Shown: in pieces, positions 39,201 to 52,944 of the stretch
Numbering within the stretch: position 1 is the stretch's first letter
Layout of the letters: each line of letters starts with the position of its first letter
Assembly (NCBI RefSeq): GCF_006345805.1
Contig: NC_043009.1
Coordinates: 5,022,001-5,086,000, forward strand
Reading direction: 5' to 3'
DNA from: Octopus sinensis
Lineage: Eukaryota
Length of the DNA: 64,000 nt
Program-made: the position numbers and the translations under genes
The notes under the pieces: model-generated
Told to the model about the DNA's origin: nothing
Database searches by the model: none
What the model saw: the letters and a program-made list of their open reading frames with translations, nothing else

Positions 39201-40767
39201 GCAGAAGACAACAAAGTGGAACATGCAATAACATCACAATTCCCTTACGAACGTTCTGCATCCCTAAGGTCCTTGTCTATGACACCATTCTCAAACAAAC
39301 CGATCTCATCATGAGACACTATGTCTGCGTCGATGATCCCCCCCTGTGTGAGGTCAGCGGGAGCTCTCCTCCCCATCCCGCTTTACCTGGATTCACTGGA
39401 GCCAAAGCGAATCCTTTCTTCAACGTGATACAGACCATTTTTCATAGAGCCCTCCTTATTCGCACGTGTTCATAAAAACAGCACAAGCCACATTCTGCAG
39501 TTTATCTATGAAAACCGAACTATGAAAACTGAGCTATTATATCGTTGTCATCGAATGTGTACCCTGTTAACGAACTTTTAAATAGTGTCTGATGATAAAC
39601 ATAAAAGACCATCCTATCACTCGTTGGTAAATGGTCAATTGCAAAGTTGTTGGGAAAAGGAAAGTATTTTTGCATAGAGCATGTTCATTTCTTCTCCGCC
39701 TATCTTATGCCAACTAAGATAGTGATGCAAGATATGCGTTGTCTTAGTTTCATGCATCTATCTCTGCTTGATACACAAAGTGATATGTAACATGACACTA
39801 AGATTCTATTCAGCCTACCACGCAGGAACTTAGCAATTGACGCCCCTGAATTCTTAAATGTTGCATTCCACCGATTAACTGAGTAAATTAATCTCTTTTT
39901 TCTATCCCATGGAGCATATACGAAATCAAGTATGGTTGCTATTTTGTCAGTGCACGCACGTAAGATGATCTAACAAATAGAGTTTGAAGTATTTTCAGCT
40001 AAAAGTAATTTCGTATTGTTTTTAAACCTCCATGCATACCAGGAGCCAAGAGTCTGCGTGACTTTAATAAAATGGAGCAGAGTCAACAAGTCTTTAAATG
40101 TTTACATCTGCTGCAGAATATCTTGGTTTCACTTTCCCTTCATACAACAACACATACACGCAGGCACACACAAACAGTTACATGCATACATGTGTGTGTT
40201 CAACTTACAAATATCATGGAGTAATATGAATATATGACGTTATGTGTTCAGTTTGCTTACAGCTGAACTTGAATTTCTGCACTCGCCAGGTTATTTTTTA
40301 TTTACCCAAGGTGATGTACTAGATGAAATTTTTGTGAGCAAGAGTACCAGTTACCCATGTATGGATGGACAACAAGCGACGAGTGTATGCTCTTTGGCAT
40401 CAGTTTCATCAAAGATGTTGATGTTACAATGCTGAGAAAAAGAGAAGACAGCCAGGCATCCCAAGCTTTAAAAATTTCGCCATTTCACCAAACTGGATGA
40501 CTGCCAAAGCTGATTTAAGCAGTATTTGATCTAAAAGAGCTCAGCAAGTCGTCACAAGTAACACGTGACATTCCATTCAAAGCATCATCCAATATGCCAA
40601 ATCGCCATCAATAAGAGAAAATCGGCTGCATCATGCGATGGCATCTCAGTGCAACTACACGCACTACGATATGTTATTTCACAGGAAGTTCTATTCAATA
40701 GTTATTAATTGGAAGAATCGCATTAAACTAGCAAATTTTTTAGCCACCCTTGTTTTATATGTATATG

Positions 40768-40820
<53 letters not shown>

Positions 40821-40831
40821 GTATATGTGTG

Positions 40832-40866
<35 letters not shown>

Positions 40867-40898
40867 TGTGTGTATGTATACATATATATATACGTATA

Positions 40899-41066
40899 TA
40901 CGACGGGCTTCTTTCAGTTTCCGTCTACCAAATCACTCACAAGGCTTTGGTGGACCCGAGGCTACAGTAGAAGACACTTGCCCAAGGAGCCACGCAGTGG
41001 GAATGAACCCGGAACCGTGTGGTTGTTAAGCAAGCTACTTTCCACACAGCCACTCCTGCGCCTATG
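40899..41066 (-). mobile_element. SINE 5' half (gcaggagtggctgtg family)
   Basis: Same head as 4527-4864 and 8791-9211. Confidence 0.85.
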
Positions 41067-41088
41067 TATGTATATATATATATATATA

Positions 41089-41125
<37 letters not shown>

Positions 41126-41192
41126 ATATTATATATATTATATATATTATATATATATATATATATAATATATATAATATATATATATATAT

Positions 41193-43811
41193 AAATTGAG
41201 GGAGATAAATTAATATTAATTTTAATATCAATTTAAAACCAGTAGTCCAGCATTCAAAAAATCTGAGGAGTCAGAGAAAATTCAAATATATGTGTATATT
41301 GGCAGGGCTGCCCTGCTAGGTAGCCGGCCAGAATGCTAGAAATAGATCATAAACGATCAAACTACAAGGGAAATTCTCTAGAGGAAGAATTCAGCGAACA
41401 CCAGAACCAAATTTGGCGGGCAGGACATATGAAAAATTAAATAAAAAACAGACTTAAATGTATACCTTGGTTTCGGTCTTAACAAAAGAATTACTTGCAT
41501 AATTCAAGTGTCCGTGACTTCTTCAGTACATTCGGTCCTCGAGATGCAAACCGCAGGACTAACCCCAGCTCTCTGTGTCAAGACAGACACGTGCTTAGTC
41601 TTACTGATTACATCGGGAATAAAATTTCAAATGTGTTGGTTCCGGCGCGCTAAGAGACTCCTGAAGCGAAGGGCTGCAGTGAACAATTCAGTGCGGGTAA
41701 AGCTTACTACTAGGGAACGTATTTATTTAAATATTTAAAAATTGAGGGAGATAAATTAATATTAATTTTAATATCAATTTAAAACCAGTAGTCCAGCATT
41801 CAAAAAATCTGAGGAGTCAGAGAAAATTCAAATATATGTGTATATTGGCAGGGCTGCCCTGCTAGGTAGCCGGCCAGAATGCTAGAAATAGATCATAAAC
41901 GATCAAACTACAAGGGAAATTCTCTAGAGGAAGAATTCAGCGAACACCAGAACCAAATTTAGCGGGCAGGACATATGAAAAATTAAATAAAAAACAGACT
42001 TAAATGTATACCTTGGTTTCGGTCTTAACAAAAGAATTACTTGCATAATTCAAGTGTCCGTGACTTCTTCAGTACATTCGGTCCTCGAGATGCAAACCGC
42101 AGGACTAACCCCAGCTCTCTGTGTCAAGACAGACACGTGCTTAGTCTTACTGATTACATCGGGAATAAAATTTCAAATGTCTTGGTTCCGGCGCGCTAAG
42201 AGACTCCTGAAGCGAAGGGCTGCAGTGAACAATTCACTGCGGGTAAAGCTTACTACTAGGGAACGTATTTATTTAAATATTTAAAAATTGAGGGAGATAA
42301 ATTAATATTAATTTTAATATCAATTTAAAACCAGTAGTCCAGCATTCAAAAAATCTGAGGAGTCAGAGAAAATTCAAATATATGTGTATATTGGCAGGGC
42401 TGGCCTGCTAGGTAGCCGGCCAGAATGCTAGAAATAGATCATAAACGATCAAACTACAAGGGAAATTCTCTAGAGGAAGAATTCAGCGAACACCAGAACC
42501 AAATTTGGCGGACAGGACATATGAAAAATTAAATAAAAAACAGACTTAAATGCATACCTCGGTTTCGGTCTTAACAAAATAATTACTTGCATAATTCAAG
42601 TGTCCGTGACTTCTTCAGTACATTCGGTCCTCGAGATGCAAACCGCAAGACTAACCCCAGCTCTCTGTGTCAAGACAGACACGTGCTTAGTCTTACGTGC
42701 TTAGCCCTGCCAATATACACATATATTTGAATTTTCTCTGACTCCTCAGATTTTTCGAATGCTGGACTACTGGTTTTAAATTGATATTAAAATTAATATT
42801 AATTTATCTCCCTCAATTTTTAAATATTTAAATAAATACGTTCCCTAGTAGTAAGCGTTACCCGCAGTGAATTATTCACTGCAGCCCTTCGCTCCAGGAG
42901 TCTCTTAGCGCGCCGGAACCAAGACATTTGAAATTTTATTCCCGATGTAATCAGTAAGACTAAGCACGTGTCTGTCTTGACACAGAGAGCTGGGGTTAGT
43001 CTTGCGGTTTGCATCTCGAGGACCGAATGTACTGAAGAAGTCACGGACACTTGAATTATGCAAGTAATTCTTTTGTTAAGACCGAAACTGAGGTATACAT
43101 TTAAGTCTGCTTTTTATTTAATTTTTCATATGTCCTGCCCGCCAAATTTGGTTCTGGTGTTCGCTGAATTCTTCCTCTAGAGAATTTCCCTTGTAGTTTG
43201 ATCGTTTATGATCTATTTCTAGCATTCTGGCCGGCTACCTAGCAGGGCAGCCCTGCCAATATACACATATATTTGAATTTTCTCTGACTCCTCAGATTTT
43301 TTGAATGCTGGACTACTGGTTTTAAATTGATATTAAAATTAGTATTAATTTATCTCCCTCAATTTTTAAATATTTAAATAAATACGTTCCCTAGTAGTAA
43401 GCTTTACCCGCAGTGAATTATTCACTGCAGCCCTTCGCTTCAGGAGTCTCTTAGCGCGCCGGAACCAAGACATTTGAAATTTTATTCCCGATGTAATCAG
43501 TAAGACTAAGCACGTGTCTGTCTTGACACAGAGAGCTGGGGTTAGTCTTGCGGTTTGCATCTCGAGGACCGAATGTACTGAAGAAGTCACGGACACTTGA
43601 ATTATGCAAGTAATTCTTTTGTTAAGACCGAAACCGAGGTATGCATTTAAGTCTGTTTTTTATTTAATTTTTCATATGTCCTGCCCGCCAAATTTGGTTC
43701 TGGTGTTCGCTGAATTCTTCCTCTAGAGAATTTCCCTTGTCGTTTGATCGTTTATGATCTATTTCTAGCATTCTGGCCGGCTACCTAGCAGGGCAGCCCT
43801 GCCAATATACA
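41193..43811. repeat. Tandem plus inverted array of a 546-bp monomer carrying an HHR
   Basis: Forward starts lie at 41193, 41739 and 42285 (to 42696). A short duplication of acgtgcttag marks the junction. The inverted tract 42703-43811 has agccctgccaat at 42703, 43249 and 43795. (AT)n on both sides. Confidence 0.97.
41457..41532 (-). ncRNA. Type I hammerhead ribozyme (array 2, copy 1; also 42003-42078 -, 42549-42624 -, 43026-43101 +, 43572-43647 +, 44099-44176 -)
   Basis: Stem I aatgta/tacatt; core CTGAAGA (CTGATGA in the 44.1-kb copy); long stem II gtc...gaatta[tgcaag]taattc...gac; GAAAC-caag/cgag-GTA. Predicted cleavage between 41463 and 41462. A:C at 10.1/11.1. Confidence 0.88.
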
Positions 43812-43839
43812 CACATATATATATATATATATAAGTGAT

Positions 43840-44210
43840 AAGGGAGATAAATTAATATTAATTTTAATACCAATTTAAAACCAGTAGTCCAGCATTCAAA
43901 AAATCTGAGAAGTCAGAGAAAAATTCTAATATATGTGTATATAGGCATGGCTGGCCTGCTAGGTAGCCGGCCGTTTGCTAGAAAGAGATCATCAACGATC
44001 AAACTACAAGGGAAATTCTCTAGAGGAAGAATTCAGCGAACACCAGAACCAAATTTGGCGGGCAGGACATATGAAAATTTTAATAAAAAAACAGACTTAA
44101 ATGCATACCTCGGTTTCGGTCTTTAACAAGAGAATTATTTATATAATTCAAATGTCCGTGACTTCATCAGTACATTCGGTCATCAAGATGCAAACTGTAA
44201 AACTAACCCC
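43840..44210. mobile_element. Diverged partial monomer of the 546-bp HHR family
   Basis: Starts at essentially the same monomer position as 41193 next to (AT)n, has scattered substitutions, and keeps the HHR with a canonical CTGATGA core. Confidence 0.9.
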
Positions 44211-44241
<31 letters not shown>

Positions 44242-44956
44242 ATTGTTTCATCAGTATATATCACGGGAACTGATTATTAGAATTTTAAGGAAAGTGGATT
44301 TATGAACTGTAAAAAAAAAATCGTAATATTGAGCGTTAGCTACTTCATGCTCTAAGCAAATGATTATTAATTAATTAGCATAAATATCCATGACCCGTAC
44401 TTTTAATTAACAATTTTATGGCATTATTTCACACTGATTTATCAAAAATCTTCATTAACAACTACAGACATGTTTCTGAATCATTACAAATACCCTAATC
44501 GACTAAGGAAACAGATATCCTATTATGGTGGATGCTTACAAATAGGATCTATAATAACAGTTGGATTATTTTTCCGCGCGGTTTGGTATGATAGAAACTT
44601 ATCTGGAATTGTGAAAAACCTGTTAAATGTTTGATACATTTTGCACTGTATTTTTATATTTAATTAGTGTTAGGTTATTAAATTTTCTGCGTAATCTCTG
44701 CGACCGTTTTCACAGTATTAGTCATTCAAATTATAGTTGTTTTCAATATTAATAAAATATTATCGGCTTTACTACAAGTAAGCTTTGCGTGCAAATTTCA
44801 AGTAGCATCCTCGTTCGTTATTTACAATTTCCGAAAAGGGCCCCAACAGAATGTCATCAATAAAGATTTTATATTATACCTATTTCTTTCCTACCCGCAA
44901 GGGACTAAACCCAGAGAGGACAAACAAGGACAGACAAACGGATTAAGTCGATTATA

Positions 44957-44989
<33 letters not shown>

Positions 44990-45102
44990 ATATAATTTGA
45001 ACTCAGAACGTAACGGCAGACGAAATACGGCTACGCATTTCGCCCGGCGTGCAAATGTTTCTGCCAGCTCGCCACCTTAAAGACATTATACAATACCGGT
45101 TC

Positions 45103-45177
<75 letters not shown>

Positions 45178-45789
45178 TATATTCGCATACTCCATAACTG
45201 TTATATATGAGTTGAAAACAACGTGGTTCGCATTTACAGCTCTTAGAGTATTAGAATTTATTCAGAATACAAATATCATGTAATCCATATGCGTGAGTCT
45301 AATACTAACAATAATTTGCACTGGTAACCACTTTAATATTTACACATTAAAGTAGAAAAGAAACGGGGGAAATAATATACAAATTGCATATTCGGTTTGC
45401 AGTTGTTAAACGCGTATTATTCAAATTGTAGTTATGGTGGTGATCGGGTAGAATCGTTAGCCCGTTGGATAAAAAGAAAAGCTTTCTTTCGCCTTTATGT
45501 TTTGAGTTCAAATCACTCCAAGGTCAAAATTAAGTACTATTTGAGAACTGAGGCTAGGTTAATCGACTAGGCTCCTCCCCCAAATTTCAAGCATTGTTCA
45601 GTAAAATTTCTTTCAAATCTAGTCTTTATTTTAACAATATTAATCCTGTTCGATTGTGCGTGGGCAGCTAGAATGTATTTACATCACAATAATGGCTGCC
45701 TTGGTCAGGTGGCTCTTATTCAGTTAAAATATGTGACATTCATTTTGCAGGAAGCGGTGTGAATAACTGCTCTCAATTAACTCTTCTAC

Positions 45790-46152
45790 TCTAGACACAA
45801 GGCCCGAACTTTTGGTGGAGTGTGGAGAAAGTCGAGTATATCGATCCCAGTACGCAACTGATACTTACTTGATCGACCCCGGAAGGATTAAAGGCAAAGT
45901 CGACCTCGGCGGAATTTGAACTCAGAACGTAATGGCAGATGAAATACCTATTTCTTTACTACCAATAACGTACTAAACACAGAGAGGACAAAGAAGGACC
46001 TACAAAAGGATTAAGTCGATTATATCGACCCCAGTGCGAAAGAATGAAAGGCAAAATCGACCTCGGCGGAATATGAACTCAGAACGTAGCGGTAGACGAA
46101 ATATGGCTAAGCATTTCGCCCAGCGTGCTAAGGTTTCTGCCAGCTCGCCGCC
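45790..46152 (-). mobile_element. SINE cluster (ggcgagctggcag family); another copy at 44880-45078 has its centre replaced by (AT)n
   Basis: Family core sequence. Confidence 0.85.
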
Positions 46153-46374
46153 TTATGCTCCCAATTAACTGTATTAGACGCATGGCAAGGATGAGTACAA
46201 ATACGCACACACTATATATGTTGAATCATTTCTAAATTTGTCTTTATAACTACAGGTAATGAATAAAGCAAATAATAGTTTCTGATTCAGGCTCAGCGCC
46301 AGCAGTGTTGTTGGTTGTGGATGAATAGATATCACTGAGCACAGTACTTGAATTATGCTTTATTATGCGGAAAA

Positions 46375-46699
46375 ACAGTTCTATATTCAAGAGATGAAGA
46401 ATTATTTACATTATTTACCTTATTTACATTCGACCGATATTTGTCCTCATCTTTTTTGTTGTTAATACAACGTTTCGGCTGATATAACCTTCAGCCTTCT
46501 TCAGGTGTCTTGGGGAAATTTCGAACCTGGGTTCTCATTCCTAAGGTATTTTTAACCACTGGGCCATATGCCCACCGGCACATGGCCTAGTGGTTAAGAG
46601 CGCGGGCTACTAAACCCAAGATTACGAGTTCGATTCCAAGCAGTGAGCTGAACAATAACAACAACAACAACAACAATAACAACAACAATAAAAATAATG

Positions 46700-46742
<43 letters not shown>

Positions 46743-46901
46743 TACTATCGAAAAATAGGAATGAGAGCCCAGGTTCGAAATTCCCCCATGACACCTGAAG
46801 AGGGCTGGAGTGTATATCAGCCGAAACGTTGTGTTTACAACAAACAGCATGAGGACAAATATCCGTCGAATGTAAATAACGTAAATAATGTAAATAATGT
46901 A
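46375..46901. mobile_element. Head-to-head pair of tRNA-headed SINEs whose tails carry a minimal HHR
   Basis: Plus copy 46577-46901 has A box tggcctagtgg, B box gagttcgattcc, (AAC/AAT)n and a tail with acac-CTGAAGA-g-ggctg..cagcc-GAAAC-GTT-gtgt (46791-46834). Minus copy 46375-46572 is a head stub fused to the same tail, with its HHR at 46465-46508. Confidence 0.8.
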
Positions 46902-47399
46902 TGAAAGGACATGAACTCAGAACGGTAAGAGAAGGAACAAATGCTTTAAAACATATTTCTTTCTGCCGATATAAACGAGCAAACTAATAAACGACCTGTA
47001 AGCCTTGCCCGGCGGACTTCATCAAGTGATATTTCTTTAACGAACAGCAGGTATTCTCAAATGATGAATCAAACATTTTACACGGGTACGGCCATCATCA
47101 AAGGGAAGCAAAATATTTTACAGCGCTTGACGGTAAAGAAATCTTAATTTTTTTTTGCATGAGAGACTACCAATTTGTACATATTCAAAGTGAAACTAGA
47201 TATGAAAATTAACCTTGCGTAAAAGAAATTTGTTTTGAACATTTGCCCGTTTGGCATACCTGTTCATGTAACCCGTTCCCGCTGTTTACGGGTTAATATA
47301 TAAATAACAGTTTGGGTATTGATGACAAAATATGTATACATGTATACATGCAAAACAGAGAGAAGGCAAAGAGTGGAAGGGTGGAGACTTTTAGATGAT

Positions 47400-47587
47400 G
47401 ACTTTTTAAGCATTTTTTTCCTCCGTCTTCCCTTCTTTGGACCTTTCCTTTTTCTATGTTTCTGACGAAGAGCTCCGCTCGAAACGTTATATCCTCCTTC
47501 TTTCCTGAGCGTCCAATAATACTATACTTGTTCCACATCCTCGCGTTGTTGTGTTTTCGCTTTGTGTTTTCATGTTTGGATTAACTA
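47400..47587 (+). mobile_element. Short PLE pLTR-like tail with minimal HHR, ending at (AT)n
   Basis: CTGACGA-a-gagc[tcc]gctc-GAAAC-GTT at 47462-47488, with a weak stem I. The 3' end ...ggattaac joins (TA)n. Confidence 0.65.
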
Positions 47588-48681
47588 TATATATATATAT
47601 GGTATATCCTTAAACTCGTTTGGTAGTTCCAGAGATTTTGAGGAGAGTTGCATCACATCAAAAGCTATTATTTCTGTTCGCATATACAGCAACCCTTGCG
47701 GGTAACCATAGGCTATAAAGCACATTTTTCAACTTTTCGATCTTCGATACGGGAAAAATTTACACCGTTCAACGTCATTAAGCCACTATTGTACCTGAAA
47801 ATTGTTTTTAATACATTTTACGGACTGCTCGAAGCTTACTATCTTGCTACACTTTGATCCTTCGATCTTACCTTTACATATATTATGTATATATATAATA
47901 TATATATATTATATATATATATATATAATATATATATACATATATATATGTATATTATATAATATATATATTATATTATATTGTTATATTATATACTACA
48001 TAACAAACGTACACACACACAGAAGCACACACATATATATATACTCACACACACACATATATATGAGTTGATCCCTTGCCTTGTTCTGAATTCTACAAGT
48101 GACGAAGAAAACTGTATTATTTCCTTATAACTGGACATCAATGGATATATGCACGAATCAAAATTCCATTTGTATGTTTTGTGCAGTTACAGGGCAACAC
48201 GGCAGAAGAACTCATGTCCGCTTTTAAGCCACAATATTACAAATGGAACACATTGTCTTTGCTCATATGAATTGAATTCGCAATGCATAATAAAACAATC
48301 CCAGACAGGAATACTTTAGTGAGCACAGCATACATTGTTAGCAAATTTTCACGCATAATAGAAAATCCATGCTGAAGAAATGCGTAATATACTGAATATT
48401 ATTGGAAGAAAATGCAAACGATATTCACTTTTGAAAAGCAGAAATGAAAATAGTTTCAAAACGGGATAATGCAATGGTCTATTGTTAAAGTACGGAGGAA
48501 ATATCGACACCTATACAAAGGGTTAGCAGCAAACACTATATCCTTTTAGAAGGTCGCAGTCTTAAAATTCGTAGAAAAAGCAGAAACAGCTTCCTTAATG
48601 AAAATATAAATACAAAACTAGAAAGTAGAGTATAGTCTACTATTTTCTACAAGGCACGCAGACACGCTTACGCATATGCAC

Positions 48682-48732
<51 letters not shown>

Positions 48733-48815
48733 AAGTTTGTGTAAGTAGCAATGGTTATATAGGTATGTGGAGGGACTGATATACGTGCATATTCCTTCTC
48801 GTTATATATACATAT

Positions 48816-48848
<33 letters not shown>

Positions 48849-48894
48849 ATGTGCATATATATATATATATATGTATGTATATATATGTGATATA

Positions 48895-48933
<39 letters not shown>

Positions 48934-49279
48934 TATATGTATGTATATAGATAGATAGATAGATAGAATATAGATAGATAGATAGATAGATACATAGATA
49001 GATAGATAGATAGATAGATATATATATAGAGAGAGAGGGAGAGGGAGGGAGAGAAATGAACATATATTCCTGTGTGTACAGCCAGATATACAGAAACAAA
49101 ATGAAAACAAGGTGAAAGGGACGAAAGACAGAAAGAGAAGAAATGCTGTGAAAATAGGTAGGCCTAAGTAGAAGTTATTAATTTACATAGCTTCAATCGC
49201 AATCATATATGTGTAAGAGTCTGTGTTTATAGCCGTAATGTTACAAGCACACACAGACAAACTGTTATATATAGATATG

Positions 49280-49317
<38 letters not shown>

Positions 49318-49532
49318 GTATCTGCATGTACGCAAAATTGAGAAAACAACGGCGAAACATATGTATAGACATCAAAGAATTTACAGATTATCAGAAAAAC
49401 ACTAGCATCCGTTTGTTATAATATTACTACGACATGAAAGGCTAAAATATATATACATCAATACAAATGTAGGCATGCAACTATATCTGTAAATATATGT
49501 ATGAACATAATTATTTATATATACACATATAT

Positions 49533-49584
<52 letters not shown>

Positions 49585-49925
49585 ATATGTATATATACAT
49601 ACATACATATATATATATATATACACGCATATGTGTATCTGCATATACAAATGCTTATGTACAAACATATGTGTCCAATTACATATACATAGACAGTGTT
49701 ATAAAAATAACAATAATTGTAAAACATGACTAGGAACTTTTCCCTTTGATCTGCTTGAATCTGATATTTCAAGAGAGACTCAAGTTTGTGTGCAGAAAAG
49801 CCAGGAAATCAATATAGCACGCTGGACTACAAATTCGCAGGAAGAAACACTTCTACCGAACTGCAGTTATAGACATCAGTGTACACACGAAAATGATATA
49901 GACTACACATATATACACAGGCATA

Positions 49926-49964
<39 letters not shown>

Positions 49965-50050
49965 TATACATACAAAATACATACATATATACATATATAT
50001 ATATTATATATATATATATTATATATAATATATTATATATATGTATGTTG

Positions 50051-50084
<34 letters not shown>

Positions 50085-50387
50085 TATATATATATATATA
50101 TATATTATATATGTAGTATGTATATATTTAGATTACACACATGCAGTTGCTGCTACATATTCATAGCCAAACAGATACATTCACGCATAGACACGCATAT
50201 ATTTACGCGTACGTGCAAAATATATATGTGTGTGTCATACATGACGTGTTGTATATGTGTGTCTATGATTGTGTTTAGGTATATATACACACATATATAA
50301 ATATTCCTACGCATAACCCAACCATCTCTATACTGACATAAACACGTATGCACGATGAATTTTACGTTTATTTACATTGGTTGTGTG

Positions 50388-50462
<75 letters not shown>

Positions 50463-50612
50463 TCTATCTATCTATCTATCTATGTCTCTATCTATCTATC
50501 TATCTATCTATCATCCATCCATCCATCCATCCATCCATCCATCTATCTATCTATATATCTATCAAGCTATCTATTTATCTATTTATCTATCTATCTCTTT
50601 ATCTATCTATCT
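50388..50612. repeat. (TCTA)n/(TCCA)n tetranucleotide microsatellite
   Basis: Read directly. Confidence 0.95.
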
Positions 50613-51047
50613 GTTTACACAAGCACATGTGTGTGTTTGTGTGCATGTGTGTTCATATATATGTATATAATGTATTTGTACATATGTATATGCATATGTG
50701 TCAATTTGTATGAACATACAAATATTTATCTATACATACATACATACATACATACACACATTCACACACACACACGTACACACACACACACACACGCACA
50801 TATCTACTTACACATACATATAGACATGATCATACCCGTACCTGATTTTTAGTTGTTCGCTTTTCAGTATTCTTGATGATTAAGTACCCTTACTTTGTGA
50901 ACTTCATGCACATCTTAGTCAAGATATAAATCGCTCCTTGGTATGTCATGATTTCTGACTTACCTTGTAAATCACTCTGCAGATATCTTCACCAGTTCAA
51001 TAAGATAGGATTGTTTCACTTTTATATGAAATCTCTCTCTATCTTTG

Positions 51048-51104
<57 letters not shown>

Positions 51105-52883
51105 AAATAATTTTTATGCATCGCTTCGTTTTTATTCACACGTTCGACGAACGACGGCCATTGTTTTTCCGTACGCTTCAGGGAATCTCTTTCTACACCT
51201 GCTCCAAAAGCAATTAGTCGATAAATGTCAATGAATCTAGGAAGTTTTACCTACAGTAAATACATGCGTATATTTTTTTTTATATGAAAATATTTAAGAT
51301 TTAGGATTTCCGCTTAGTTGTCTCACGTAGGTATTGAATATTGCCCGAAATAATTTCTAATTAATTCTTTAAAATCACTAATTTCCGCCATTAGGCCTAA
51401 TAAAATCTGTACGGTTCGAGATATATGTGGGCCACATTTTTGCACGGCATATGAATATGTTTGTAAGTGAGTATAATTTTGCATGGTAAATATGTTTCGG
51501 CTCTTTTAATGCTGAGTTGTAATTCACTGAGATCAACTTTTACTGGGTTAGCGAAAACAAACTATCAATCATGTTCTTTGAATAACTTTATCATTCAGCT
51601 CTCCACCTGAAAATGTCTGGTTCTATGCCTAAACCAGAAAACTTTATTGGGCGGCGGATTGGCAGAGTAGTTAGAGTGTCGTACAAAATGAATTGTGGGA
51701 TTTAATAGTTTCTTCCCGTACTGATATCAAATTCCGCAAAGGTCAATTCAGCGTTTCATCCTTCTGGGGTCGATAAAGTAATGTACCACTAAAGTACTAA
51801 GTTTAACGCAATGGACTAATTGTGTCCTCTCAAAATTTACTTGCCTTGCAGCTAAAAGACACAATTGTTATTGATGTTGGCAATGATGATGCTATTCATT
51901 GTTTCTTCAACTTTGCCTTTGGATTGTAAACCTAGGGCATATTGACATAATTGTATCATTTTGCGATGCAAGTTCAAATATCACGGAGATCAACATTATG
52001 CCCCGTGAATCTATGGTCAAGAAAAATACGGATCGATAATCTAATAGTTTACAAATCTGAGTATTTCTATGTACCAAGGCTCGAAATCCTTATTTTATGA
52101 GTGACGACATTGGATTTTGTATATATTTTTATTACGCATCGGTATGTAGTTTTCCACCTATTTGAGCGGGCATCCATGCATTGTTGTAAGCATGCAACAT
52201 CTTTTCCTAAATATAAGAGACTAACAAAACGGTAAGAATGAAGTGAAGCAGAAATATTTCACAATCGATTTGCGTTTTACTCTCGGAGACTGCAGTTTTG
52301 CTAGGACAGCATTATTTGGGAACTGATTTCTTCAGTTGCAAGATCACTGAAGTACAAGATGGCCCAGTATGTTTGATTAGTGTTGTATATGAAAGGTCAA
52401 CACAGGTCCTTCCATGCATGCACTTTTTCCGTGTTTCTCCGCCATCGCACGAATGTTGCGAATACACGCAATGTTATTGATTTTTGCTTGGGCTGAGGTA
52501 GTGTTGTCATCTAAGAGAATAATTTTAAATAAAGAAGTTAACGTTAGAAAAAAAATGTGCGGTAGGGACAAATAGAAATGGAAAGAAAATACGAAACGAA
52601 GTTATAGAAATATCATATAGATATATATACATACATACATATATATACATACATACATATACATATATATATATACATATATATATGTACACACACATAT
52701 ATAGATATATATTAATATTTATATATATATATATAAATATATATATAAACATCCATACGTATATACATATATATAAATATATACAAACATTCAAATATAT
52801 ATACATATAAATATATATATTCATGTATATTTATATATATATTATATATTCCATTTTCATAACACCCGTACACAAGGGCGTTA

Positions 52884-52944
<61 letters not shown>

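Noticed and set aside
40260-40700. Higher-complexity stretch (also 39230-39460 and 63200-63830) as coding or TE relic
   Set aside because: No motif could be recognised in any frame. A database search would be needed.
41508-43596. Repeated 76-aa ORF MSVTSSVHSVLEMQ... and the 63-69-aa ORFs in array 1
   Set aside because: They start at GTG or are short, show no recognisable domain, run antisense to the HHR, and are broken in some copies. They are best explained as by-products of the repeat.
33989-43811. CRISPR-like or simple satellite interpretation of the two arrays
   Set aside because: There are no unique spacers and the context is eukaryotic. The conserved HHR, inversion and (AT)n junctions fit retrotransposed RNA better than plain satellite DNA.
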